Shown here piece by piece: positions 18,793 through 27,871 of a DNA stretch of 49,788 nt. The stretch is taken from the NCBI GenBank assembly GCA_036513555.1, contig DATBYU010000114.1, positions 1-49,788 on the forward strand, written 5' to 3'. The notes under the pieces were generated by a model. The model saw only the letters and a list, made by a program, of their open reading frames with translations. It ran no database searches and was not told where the DNA came from. The position numbers and the translations under genes were made by a program. The stretch is from Candidatus Dormiibacterota bacterium. GTDB taxonomy: Bacteria; Chloroflexota; Dormibacteria; CF-121. Each line of letters opens with the position of its first letter. Within the stretch, counting starts at the first letter, position 1.

Positions 18793-19221
18793 ATGGAAAG
18801 TAAGACGCGCCGCAGCGCCGGCGCGAACCGCACGACCCAGGCCGACGAAGACCTGGTCGATGTCCTCCTGGTGGAAGACGATCCATCGGTGCTCGAGATG
18901 TACCGATTGAAGTTGGAGCTCGACGGTTATCGGGTCAACACCGCCCTCGACGGTGAGGAGGGCCTCAAGAAGGCCGGCGACCTCGCTCCCGACATCATCT
19001 TTCTCGATATCCGCCTGCCGAAAATGGACGGGCTGGAAGTCCTGAGGAAATTGCGCGCGCAGGAGAAGACCCGCGATATTCCGGTTATCATCCTCTCTAA
19101 CTACGATGAAGAGGATCTGGTCGCGCGAGGGCTGCGCCTCGGGGCGCATGAGTACCTCATCAAGGCCCGCACGACGCCGACCAGCCTCTCGGAAGGTATC
19201 GAGGATTGGCTAAAGGAGTAA
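18793..19221 (+). CDS. Stand-alone CheY-like receiver protein
   Basis: VEDD, DIIFLDIRLPKMDG, ILSN, YLIK. Paralog of 13304-13693. GAGGAG RBS. Confidence 0.9.
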   Translation: MESKTRRSAGANRTTQADEDLVDVLLVEDDPSVLEMYRLKLELDGYRVNTALDGEEGLKKAGDLAPDIIFLDIRLPKMDGLEVLRKLRAQEKTRDIPVIILSNYDEEDLVARGLRLGAHEYLIKARTTPTSLSEGIEDWLKE

Positions 19222-19553
19222 CGCGCCGGGCGCCGACCGAAACGACTCTCTCCCTGGACAAACCTATCTACACCATTAGCGTGGCGTCCGAGATCCTCCA
19301 GACGCACCCGCGAACCCTGATGATGTACGAGCACCTTGGCCTGGTGATCCCCAAGCGCACGTCGACGAACCGCCGGCGCTTCTCGCAGCGGGACATCCGG
19401 AAGCTCCAGGCGATCCAGACCCTCACGCGCCAGCATGGGGTCAACCTCAACGGCGCGCGCTACGTCCTGCGGCTGTTGCGCATCCTTGTCGATAACGGCC
19501 TCCAAGCGCCACCCGAGTTGCGCGACCTCGACGTCAAAGAACTAGACGTCTAG
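19206..19553 (+). CDS. HspR-like MerR-family transcriptional regulator (paralog 5)
   Basis: YTISVASEILQTHPRTLMMYEHLGLVIPKRTSTNRRRFSQRDIRKLQAIQTLTRQHGVNLNGARYVL. The TTG start overlaps the receiver gene by 16 nt. Confidence 0.85.
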   Translation: MAKGVTRRAPTETTLSLDKPIYTISVASEILQTHPRTLMMYEHLGLVIPKRTSTNRRRFSQRDIRKLQAIQTLTRQHGVNLNGARYVLRLLRILVDNGLQAPPELRDLDVKELDV

Positions 19554-19668
19554 CGCGCCGCGGCGGCGGCCTTACGGCCGTAACCCGTTACGCGCGAGCA
19601 ACAGCTCGGCGGCGAATCGGTTCCCGAAATGTTGGCTTCGATCTGCGCCGATACCGTTAGCGACACGT

Positions 19669-20160
19669 ATGAGCTTTCGGCCGGATAGCCCACTCAACCG
19701 GCTGGTCATTCTCTGGCCCGGCGTGCCGATCACGGCGTGCGCGCTGGGCTTCGTCCTCGCCGTGATCGAGATCTCCGAGACGCACAGCGGCTCATTCGCG
19801 GCGCTCGCGATCGCGATGGGATGCGGCCTCGCCTTTAGTCTGGGGCTGCTCTTCCATAGTTTCTTCATCGAGTGGATGGAGGTCATCGTGACTCGGGAGG
19901 GGATTGCACTCCGGCCGGTCGGGCATGCTTGGTTCAATCGCCAGCCGCGCCTGGTCCCCTGGGACCGGGTCCACGGGATGAACCAGGTCATTACCCGCGA
20001 GGGGGGACATCTCGAAATCGCGGCCGCCGGCCAGGTGCTGAAACTCAACCGGTCCCTGTTTCGGCAGGACACCTTCGAGAACCTGTGTGCCGCCGTCGCG
20101 CAGCGAACTCGTCAGTGGGGTCCGGCCGAGTACGATGACGAGCTCGCCGCCGCGGCCTGA
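19669..20160 (+). CDS. Hypothetical membrane protein (two TM helices plus a soluble C-terminal domain)
   Basis: 163-aa ORF with hydrophobic N-terminal helices. No family recognised with certainty. Confidence 0.55.
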   Translation: MSFRPDSPLNRLVILWPGVPITACALGFVLAVIEISETHSGSFAALAIAMGCGLAFSLGLLFHSFFIEWMEVIVTREGIALRPVGHAWFNRQPRLVPWDRVHGMNQVITREGGHLEIAAAGQVLKLNRSLFRQDTFENLCAAVAQRTRQWGPAEYDDELAAAA

Positions 20161-20172
20161 CGGGCGCGGCCG

Positions 20173-20793
20173 TTAGCTGCGGTAGTAGACCTGCGCCGAG
20201 TGTACGGCCTGACGGTAACTCCCGTAGCGGGCTTGCAGGGTGGTCCGATCCCCGAACCACGGATCATTGATATAGAGGATGTCGCCGCGGTGGCCGGTGA
20301 TGACGACGAAGTGCATGCCACCGTAGAGTCGAACCTCAGCGACCACCAGACGTCCCGCGTCGAGCTGAGCCTCGACCAGCGATTGCGGTGGCAGATCCTC
20401 GATGTCCTGGTCGTCGGTGCGCAGCTGTGACACCATCCCGGGGACGTGGAGCCACTGCCAGCGGACCGAACCCTGCGTGACGGCGGTTGCCTGCCGCCAG
20501 AGCAGCAGGTCGTTCTCGATGTAGCCGCCGTGGGCAGTGAGCCACTGATTCAGCTGCGCGGGGTTTGTCGGATAGCCGTACGCCGACGCCACCATAGTGA
20601 CCGCGGTCAAGGCACAGCCGGACGACCCGATGGTATCCACGCGATCGCTTCCGAGCGCCTGACGTGCCCACGGCAGCGACCGCTGGCTGATTGTCGGCAC
20701 AGGCGGGCCGGCCAGGGCCCCGAGCCCTCCCAGCGACCAGAGCGTGAGCGCGAGGACGCTTGCCGCCGCCGCCCGGCGCCATCCCCTCATCAC
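20173..20793 (-). CDS. Secreted papain-fold cysteine peptidase, C39-like
   Basis: Signal peptide, and a GSSGCALTAVTMVASAYGY block resembling the catalytic-Cys region of C39-like domains. Confidence 0.55.
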   Translation of the reverse strand: MMRGWRRAAAASVLALTLWSLGGLGALAGPPVPTISQRSLPWARQALGSDRVDTIGSSGCALTAVTMVASAYGYPTNPAQLNQWLTAHGGYIENDLLLWRQATAVTQGSVRWQWLHVPGMVSQLRTDDQDIEDLPPQSLVEAQLDAGRLVVAEVRLYGGMHFVVITGHRGDILYINDPWFGDRTTLQARYGSYRQAVHSAQVYYRS

Positions 20794-20877
20794 GGCGCCA
20801 TCTTACGGTCGAGGATGGGGCAAGTCCAGTGCCGAGGCGGTTTGCTTTGGATTGTTACCGGCTGGTGACAGTCGCGC

Positions 20878-21198
20878 CTAGCGAAGCAGACTGGCCAGGT
20901 CACCATCGAAGCCGGCGAGAGCCAACCGGGCATCGAGCACGTCATCGGTCGTGATCGGCCCGCCGAGCTCATCGATCGGCTGATCGCGAACCTCGATCAC
21001 GGGTACCTGGGCTTCGGTGTCGGCAGCGATTGCGACCGCGATCATCCGTGTGTCCTGGCAGTGCCCGCAAGTCACTTTGACCAGCGACTGCTCATCGGCA
21101 TGCGCGACCATCTCGAGCTGGCAGTCGGCCAGACTTTCCCCACACTTGGGACATTGAAAACGGCCTGCCTGGCGGCGAAGAATATCCAGAAGATCCAC
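20878..21198 (-). CDS. Zinc-ribbon hypothetical protein
   Basis: CPKCG ... CGHC motif pairs, with an acidic C-terminal half. Confidence 0.55.
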   Translation of the reverse strand: MDLLDILRRQAGRFQCPKCGESLADCQLEMVAHADEQSLVKVTCGHCQDTRMIAVAIAADTEAQVPVIEVRDQPIDELGGPITTDDVLDARLALAGFDGDLASLLR

Positions 21199-21343
21199 GG
21201 TTTTTTCCTACCCGGAATCGTACCCTGCAAACCGGCAAAGCTGATAGCGCCAACTCGGGGTAAGGCGCTAACGGCTGGGGCTGAGTTGGTGCCACTTCGA
21301 TCGTTTGCGGTGCCATCCACCTGCCGGCGATACTCGCGCGGGC

Positions 21344-22987
21344 ATGCGCCTTCCGCTCGTCCTGGGCACCGGCGCGCTGATGACTGGGATGCTCCTCATG
21401 GGTGGCCTGGTCGTGACGGCATTGGACCCGATGCCGGTCGTCAACGTCGATGCCATGGAACTCGACGGGGCGTCAATGCTGTCGAGCCCGCTCCCCGAGG
21501 TGTCGCCGCGTCCGCAATTGGTCGTCAGGGTGAGCCGCCCGCTCCAGCCCGGCGACTGGCGGGTCGTCATGGACGGCCGAGCGGTCACCGTGTCCGTCAC
21601 CACGACGGGGGCGCTGCTGCGCGTCGCCCTCCCGGGGCCCATGCCATTGGGCAGCCGTCACACGGTGCAGCTCGCCGCCGGCGCGATGCACATCAAGGCC
21701 GCCTTCAAGATCGTTCCACCGCTGACCGCGGTGGTGAACATGCATCTCTACCACCTCCAGGCGGACGCGCCGGCCAGTGTGGTCGCCACGATCCACTTTT
21801 CTCGGCCGGTGGCGGACCGCGCCCGGACCCAGGAACACGTTCGGATGACCGGCCACGCCACGATGAGCTGGCCCGACGCGCAGACGCTCCAGCTGGTCTC
21901 GACCGGTTTCGGGTTATCGGACCACGCCAGCGTCACGGTCGACGCCGGGATCCAGGCCGCAGATGGGACGTGGAGTCGCGAAGGTGCGAGTGCCGAACTC
22001 ACCGTCCCTTCGACGCTGACCCGAGTACTGCCGGACCGGATGGTCCAGATGTACTACGTCAACACCGATGATGGCCGAGCGTCGCTCATGGCGCACCTGA
22101 ACCAGATCGACGTGCTGAGTCCCGCCTGGTACGACGCGAACGCCGACGGGAGCATCACCGGCTACGCGCGACGGGACGTCATCGATGCCGCCCACGCCGG
22201 TGGGGTCGCGATCATTCCGCTGGTGGTCAACAAGGATGTCAATCCCGATGTCGGCCACGCCATCCTTTCGGATCCTGCTCGCCGCGCCGCCCTGGCGCGC
22301 AACCTTGTCAACGAGGCCAAGACCTTCGGCTACTCCGGCTTCCAGCTGGATTTCGAACAAATCGCATGGACGGATCGGGACCTGTTGACGGCGATGGTGC
22401 AGGACTGCGCCACCGCCTTCCATGCCGCCGGTCTGAACCTGTCGATTGCCGTCATTCCGCGCCTCCCCGGCGACGACGCGAGCAGCGGGACGCTGCTCGA
22501 CTACTTCCACCAATGGTCGGGAGCCTACGACTTCGCCGCATTGGCGAAGGCGGCCGACTTTCTCTCCTTCATGACGTACGACGAGCACAACGGTGTTACG
22601 CCACCGGGTCCGGTCTCGGGCACTCCCTGGATGCGCCGTGCGCTTGAGTTCTCGATGCAGGGTGTCCCGCCGGAAAAGGCAACGATCGGCCTGCCGACCT
22701 ACTACCATGATTGGACGGGTGTCGGGCGATTGACCTCGAGCTCCTACGCCGATGCCATGATCCTCGCCCAGGCTCATGGGGCCACGCCGGCCTTCGATGG
22801 TACCGAAGAGGAAATACACTTCGGCTACAACGCCTACGGCGTACATCACGAGCTCTGGATTCAGAGCACCGACACATTGCGACGCAAGCTGCCCCTGATG
22901 TACGAGTACGGGCTGAAGGGAATCAGTGTCTGGCGGCTGGGCTTCGAAGATCCTTCGTTTTGGACCTTGATCCCACCGCGGCGCTAG
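21344..22987 (+). CDS. Glycoside hydrolase family 18 (chitinase/YaaH-like) with N-terminal Ig-like region
   Basis: GYSGFQLDFEQI matches the GH18 DxxDxDxE catalytic-strand position. LSFMTYDEH and GISVWRLG are typical. The track ORF starts at the TTG at 21305; the ATG at 21344 gives a TM anchor. Confidence 0.8.
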   Translation: MRLPLVLGTGALMTGMLLMGGLVVTALDPMPVVNVDAMELDGASMLSSPLPEVSPRPQLVVRVSRPLQPGDWRVVMDGRAVTVSVTTTGALLRVALPGPMPLGSRHTVQLAAGAMHIKAAFKIVPPLTAVVNMHLYHLQADAPASVVATIHFSRPVADRARTQEHVRMTGHATMSWPDAQTLQLVSTGFGLSDHASVTVDAGIQAADGTWSREGASAELTVPSTLTRVLPDRMVQMYYVNTDDGRASLMAHLNQIDVLSPAWYDANADGSITGYARRDVIDAAHAGGVAIIPLVVNKDVNPDVGHAILSDPARRAALARNLVNEAKTFGYSGFQLDFEQIAWTDRDLLTAMVQDCATAFHAAGLNLSIAVIPRLPGDDASSGTLLDYFHQWSGAYDFAALAKAADFLSFMTYDEHNGVTPPGPVSGTPWMRRALEFSMQGVPPEKATIGLPTYYHDWTGVGRLTSSSYADAMILAQAHGATPAFDGTEEEIHFGYNAYGVHHELWIQSTDTLRRKLPLMYEYGLKGISVWRLGFEDPSFWTLIPPRR

Positions 22988-24464
22988 ACGGAAAGAGCAG
23001 GTCGTACAGGTCTTGCTGGCGACGCCGGGCGCGTTCATAGATGGCGTGTACGCGGGTACGTGGACGGAAAATACGGCCGCGTGCCGGTGTCGTTGACCAG
23101 AATCGCGGCAGTTTGCCCAGGGCGTGGAGCACGAGCAGTGCAGCCCCGCGACTCGAGGCTTCCGGCTCCGGGGAGGTCATGACCCGCTGATTCAGCGCAT
23201 CGGCCAGCATCTGGCTCCACGCTGGTGAGTGAACCAATTGGCCACCCGTCGCGATCACCGACTCCGGCCGAGTGACGACGCGCTGCATCGCCGAGGTCAC
23301 CGTGACGAGTTGATACGTGATCGCTTCCATCGACGCCCTGAGCATCTGCGCCGGCTGCGTCCCAAGTGACAGGCCGGCGATCACGGCGCGCGCATCACCT
23401 CGCCAGTTGGGACTGCGCTCACCTGCCCAAAACGGCAGGATGGTCAGCCCGTGGCTATCAGGCTGAATCGCTGCGGCCGCTTGCTTGAGCGCTTTCTTGT
23501 TCCGCAGACCGAGGCCGTCGGTGAACCACCGCACCACGTTGCCACCCTCACTGAGCGCCCCGCCAAGCACGAATCGGTGCCGATCGAGGCGGTAGACGAA
23601 CGTACCCCACGGCACGGTGATGCGATCGCGTTCCAGCACCACTCGCATCGCGCCCGACGTTCCGATGGTGGCGCACACCCAGCGCGGCCTCACGGCGCCG
23701 GCTCCCACATTCGCGAGGGCGCCGTCGCCGACCGGAAGATACCAGGGTATGTCGCGAAGCTCCGGCCAGCGTCGCGCGAAGGCGGGACGCAGCGAGTGAA
23801 GCGGCTGATCCCAGTCGGTGAGCCTCGATAGCTGCGTGTCCTCGATGCCCGACAGCTGCAACGCTTGCTTGTCCCACTGGCAGCGGTTGACATTCAGCAG
23901 GCCGGTGCCGGAAGCGATCGAGTAACTGACGGGGCTCTCTCCAAGGAGCTGCTGGTACAGATACTCGCCCAACGACACCCAGCGGACCGTGCGCCGGACG
24001 GCGGCGGGCCGCGTCGCCTGCAACCAACGCAACTTCGACGGCCAGTAGCTGGCGTGGAAAAAACATCCGGTGCGGGCGTGGTAGGCGCGTTCGTCGAAGC
24101 GGGTGCGTAAGGCGCGTGTCTCGAGCGTGCTCCGTGTGTCGCCCCAGGTGAGCAGCTCGGTGGTGGGGCGATCCGCGCGGTCGACTCCCATCAGGCTGTG
24201 CCAGTAGCAGGAGACACCGACGGCGAGGATTTCGACCTTCCCTTTGCGGGCGGCCATAAGCGCGCCATCGATGCTTTGCGCGATGAGCGCGACCAATTCG
24301 CTGGGGTCAGAGGAGACCTCACCCGGCTCTATCGTCCGGACTTTGTATGGCACATCGAACAGTGTCGAGGGCCGCATTCGTCCATGGATGTCGTAGACCA
24401 CGGCACGAACAGAGGACGTTCCGATGTCGAGGGCTAGGACGCCCTGCTTATGAGGCTTCGCCAC
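22923..24464 (-). CDS. FGGY-family carbohydrate kinase (gluconokinase/xylulokinase-like)
   Basis: N-terminus VLALDIGTSSVRAVVYD. FGGY N- and C-terminal domains across 513 aa. Confidence 0.85.
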   Translation of the reverse strand: MAKPHKQGVLALDIGTSSVRAVVYDIHGRMRPSTLFDVPYKVRTIEPGEVSSDPSELVALIAQSIDGALMAARKGKVEILAVGVSCYWHSLMGVDRADRPTTELLTWGDTRSTLETRALRTRFDERAYHARTGCFFHASYWPSKLRWLQATRPAAVRRTVRWVSLGEYLYQQLLGESPVSYSIASGTGLLNVNRCQWDKQALQLSGIEDTQLSRLTDWDQPLHSLRPAFARRWPELRDIPWYLPVGDGALANVGAGAVRPRWVCATIGTSGAMRVVLERDRITVPWGTFVYRLDRHRFVLGGALSEGGNVVRWFTDGLGLRNKKALKQAAAAIQPDSHGLTILPFWAGERSPNWRGDARAVIAGLSLGTQPAQMLRASMEAITYQLVTVTSAMQRVVTRPESVIATGGQLVHSPAWSQMLADALNQRVMTSPEPEASSRGAALLVLHALGKLPRFWSTTPARGRIFRPRTRVHAIYERARRRQQDLYDLLFPSSAAVGSRSKTKDLRSPAARH

Positions 24465-24491
24465 CGTTCAATTCTGGCCGACTCCGGGGGG

Positions 24492-25271
24492 TTAGTTCAG
24501 CCAGTAGCCAACCCGAGGCCCAAAGACGTCGGAATGGAGCTTGAGCGCCTCGATCACGGCCACGCCATCGAAGGCGCGGACGTCGTAGGCGCATATCGTG
24601 ACCACGGGAAATCGTTTGAAGACCGCATCGACTTGCCGCTCCACGACCAGGTGCTCGGCCACCGATCCCAGGGTTTGGACATCGGCCAGCACCTCCGCCA
24701 GGATACGGATTGGCCCCGGGCGTTTGCGGGAGGCTTCCATGAGGAGCTGCTCGAAGCGGGCCACCTGCTCCGTGGCTGAACCGGGGACTTCCGGATAGAC
24801 CGTCAGCAAACCGATGCGCATCGCCTCCGTGGCGTCGACGCCCTCGTTCCGGAGCGCGGCGAAATACTGTTCGCGCACATCAGGCGTGGCCCGGAGCACG
24901 ACCGTTTGACCCGCCAGCAAGCCGTCGCGCATCATCGGAAGGCCGAGGCGGAGCCGGCCGGCATCGGTGGTGTAAAAGGCGGCAAGGTGGTCCCCCAGCG
25001 AGACGACGACATCCTGGATGACCATGGTCGACGGCGGGCTGGTGTCCGCGGTGGCCGTGCCCTGGCCGGGACCCGCCTCCATGAAAGACGTCAGGTCTTC
25101 TTCGCGCAGGCGGCGGGCACGGCGGCGACCGACACGCCTCGCCGGTAGCAGGCCGCTATCCGTCCAGCGTCGAATCGAGGCCTCGCTGACCTTCAAAAAG
25201 GTCGCGGCTTCACGCGTCGTTAGAAGCCGCTCGCGGGCGACCGGTATCTCTTTACGGTTAGCAGCGCTCAT
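24492..25271 (-). CDS. HTH (excisionase/MerR-like) plus MEDS-like sensory-domain regulator
   Basis: LLTTREAATFLKVSEASIRRWTDSGLLPARRVG is an HTH_17-type motif. The C-terminal ~170 aa (GDHLAAFYTTD...) resembles MEDS domains. Confidence 0.6.
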   Translation of the reverse strand: MSAANRKEIPVARERLLTTREAATFLKVSEASIRRWTDSGLLPARRVGRRRARRLREEDLTSFMEAGPGQGTATADTSPPSTMVIQDVVVSLGDHLAAFYTTDAGRLRLGLPMMRDGLLAGQTVVLRATPDVREQYFAALRNEGVDATEAMRIGLLTVYPEVPGSATEQVARFEQLLMEASRKRPGPIRILAEVLADVQTLGSVAEHLVVERQVDAVFKRFPVVTICAYDVRAFDGVAVIEALKLHSDVFGPRVGYWLN

Positions 25272-25378
25272 CGGTAGTACCGCGGACCAAGTCTCAGGTT
25301 CCTCGCCGAGTCAGAGAGCCGGATTTCTGCGCGCACTTACTGTAAAGGACAACGTTGGCGGTCCGCAAACGTGAACGG

Positions 25379-25705
25379 TCAGCTAGGCGATTCCCGCCCC
25401 CGCCAGGTCGGGCCGCCGCCCAGGCTCGCCAACTCGAGCATGATCTGGCCCTGGGCTTCCAGAAGCTGGCCTTGCGCGATCGTGATCTCGTGCCCTGGCA
25501 CGTCGGCGACGCCCTGAACAGTGCCATCGTGCGCCCGTGCGAGATCCGCGATCAAGGCGCTGACGCCAGCTGGCAGCGTGGAAGCGCCCTCCAGCCGCAT
25601 GAATTCGAGATCGTTGAGGACAAGGTCCAGCACTTGCAGGCGCAACTGGGCGAGGCGGCGCGGCACGAGCTGCGCGCTCGACCTCGCGTACTCGATCTCG
25701 CTCAT
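25379..25705 (-). CDS. Hypothetical protein (108 aa)
   Basis: Its ATG overlaps the TGA of the upstream transposase-like ORF (ATGA at 25702-25705). By manual reading, third-codon positions are overwhelmingly G/C. No family recognised. Confidence 0.45.
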   Translation of the reverse strand: MSEIEYARSSAQLVPRRLAQLRLQVLDLVLNDLEFMRLEGASTLPAGVSALIADLARAHDGTVQGVADVPGHEITIAQGQLLEAQGQIMLELASLGGGPTWRGRESPS

Positions 25706-26712
25706 GCCGCCTGCACCAGGCGCCGTTCGTCGCGGGAGCCGGTGGAGTCGAGCCCCGTCCAGGGCTGGCCCACCGATGTTGGAGTGCCGTCGCGTCGGCG
25801 GCCGACATAGCGTGGGCCGGCGATCCATTCGTCGTTCTGTTCTTGCAGGATCACGCCGCATAGCCGCAGAAGCGAAAGTCGGTAGGGGAAGATGCCGATC
25901 ATCCGGCAGTGCCGCTGGATCTCAGTACGCGCGTGGGCCAGGCAGCGTGCGGAATTGACGCGGCGACGGTGGGGTGGGGGCAAATCGTAGAAGGCGAGAA
26001 TCGACTCTTCCCCATCGCGTAGGTGATTGACGAGGGTTGGGTTGGGGGGAAAGCCGTTCGGAATGCCTCGCAGCAGCGACTGGGCGGCAACCCGATCGTC
26101 CTGCACGAAGACGGCCCGCAGCTGCGTCGCGAGGCCGGGGCGATCGGATTCGGGCACGACATCGAGCAGATCAGGGATCAGCCCGGAGCGCGAGCGCTGG
26201 AAGCTGGCCGCGGGAAACGTTTGCGCGATCGCCAACGCGATGCCCGGATGCGCCTCCGCCGTAACCAGGCGAACGCCATAGACGCCTCGGTCTCGCAGCC
26301 CGCTGAGCAGCCGTAGCCAAGCCGCGGGTTCCTCCGCTTCGTCGACCTCGAGCGCAAGGACCTCCCGGTTCCCGGTCGCGGCGACGCCGACCGCAACCAT
26401 CGCCGACATGCTCGCCAGCCGGCCGTGTTGCCGCACGCTCTGGGTGATCGCGTCGATGATGATGTACGGGTAGGCGCCCGACACCGGGCGCGTGCGGAAT
26501 ATCTGTAATTGCCGGTCGAGCTCGTGGCCCGCACGAACCACGTCATCATCGCTGACCCCGTCGACGCCCACGAGGCGTGCCATGGCTTCCACGTGACGGG
26601 TGGCGGCGCCGCTGACATACGCGTCGCGGATGGCCGCCAGCAGCGCCCAATCATGGCGGCGCCGGGGCTGCAGCAATCGGAGCAGGTGTTCCGTGCCAGG
26701 TCGCGGCAACAC
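25702..26712 (-). pseudogene. IS256/Mutator-family transposase-derived ORF, N-terminally truncated with substituted catalytic residues
   Basis: Colinear with Transposase_mut: LLQPRRRHDWALLAAIRDAYVSGAATRHVE, YPYIIIDAI, GNREVLALEV, IGIFPYRLSLLRL. The family's conserved SDAHxG is AEAHPG, QRCxVH is QRSRSG, and TNxxE is NSARC. Homology continues upstream past a stop codon, to about 26800. Confidence 0.65.
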
Positions 26713-27207
26713 CGGTCCGCGGCGGGCAAATCGCTGCGCGGGTACCGCCCAGTGGTAATCCGATTGCTCTTGGAAGTGTTACAGCCGGCCGAAAGCCGAG
26801 GACCCCTCGTCCATCCCGGAGATAGCTGTTTTCATGGCCCGATGCTATGGCCGGCGCGTCGGGGTGTCGCCTCGTGCTGGTAGGGATGGCCGGCCCGCAG
26901 ATGCAGGGGTTGGCGCGTGGGTGCGATGCGGGAGCCATCATTTGCAGGCAGACTTGCGCTCGGTGCGCGCCTAAGGTCGTACGGATGGTAGGAGACCGGC
27001 GGCCAACGATAGAAGGCGACACGATGAGGCCCCACCCCCACTCCCCCTCGTCGCTCGTCGCCGAGTCGTGCGGCCGCCGGTCACGACTCACCGCTAGGCA
27101 TCAGTGGGCGTCACCCAGCCGCAGCGCCTTCAGGCGCTGATCGTTACACTCGCGCTCGCAAGGAGCCCGGGCACCTCTCGTTGCCCAGAGTGACCGCAAG
27201 GGAGTCC

Positions 27208-27867
27208 ATGCCGCAACCGATTCGCGTGCTGCTCGTCGAAGACCATCGGCTCGTCGCCGAAGGGATCGAGGCCTTGCTCAACCGAGAAAGTGACATCACG
27301 GTGGTGGGCGTGGCCGGCTCCGTAAAGGACGCGGTCACCATGTCCGATGCGGGTGCGCCTGATGTCGTCGTCATGGACTTTCGCCTTCCGGACGGGACAG
27401 GAGCGCAGGCAGGCGAGCGGATACGTAACCAGCGGCCGCGGCCGCGCCTGGTGTTCGTCAGCGGCGATGAAAGCGAGGACGCGCTGCTGTCCGCCGTTCG
27501 CGTTGGTGCGTGCGGATTCTTGCCGAAGTCGCGAGCCTCGGCGGATGTGGTGGCGGCTGTCCGAAAGGCTGCCGAAGGGGAAATGTTGATTCCGGCGGCC
27601 CAATTGGCCGGACTGCTGACCCGCGTCCACCAACGCGCACGCGAAGAGCAGGATCGCACCCAGCTGCGGTCACAGTTCACGCCACGCGAGCATGAGGTGC
27701 TCCTGCTGATGGCGCAGGGGCTCGACAACAAGGCCATCGCCCGTGAGCTCGGCCTCACGCTCAACACCGTGCGCAGCTATGTCCAGGACATCCTGGAAAA
27801 GCTCGACGCCCACTCGAAGCTCGAGGCGGTGGCTGCGGCCGCGCGCTACGACCTGCTGGTCGCCTAA
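27208..27867 (+). CDS. NarL/FixJ-family response regulator (REC + LuxR HTH)
   Basis: VLLVEDH, VVVMDFRLPDGTG, and the C-terminal LTPREHEVLLLMAQGLDNKAIARELGLTLNTVRSYV. ATG at 27208 follows AAGGGAG. Confidence 0.9.
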   Translation: MPQPIRVLLVEDHRLVAEGIEALLNRESDITVVGVAGSVKDAVTMSDAGAPDVVVMDFRLPDGTGAQAGERIRNQRPRPRLVFVSGDESEDALLSAVRVGACGFLPKSRASADVVAAVRKAAEGEMLIPAAQLAGLLTRVHQRAREEQDRTQLRSQFTPREHEVLLLMAQGLDNKAIARELGLTLNTVRSYVQDILEKLDAHSKLEAVAAAARYDLLVA

Positions 27868-27871
27868 CTCG

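Noticed and set aside
19554-19668. Small palindromes after HspR paralog 5 (GGCCTTACGGCC, CGTAAC-CC-GTTACG)
   Set aside because: They are short stems without a T-tract. They are plausible weak terminators but cannot be distinguished from chance in GC-rich DNA.
22923-22987. 65-bp convergent overlap between the 3' ends of the GH18 and FGGY kinase genes (possible frameshift or mis-assembly)
   Set aside because: The kinase homology appears to end near ...DLYDLLF. The remaining ~25 residues are probably an unconstrained tail extended by the scarcity of stop codons. Neither frame shows a disruption.
21061-23038. Long alternative ORFs over the GH18 region (21061-22071 plus, 21914-23038 minus)
   Set aside because: They have no domain signatures and a biased Arg/Gly/Pro composition. 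The GH18 frame is supported by catalytic-strand and family motifs.
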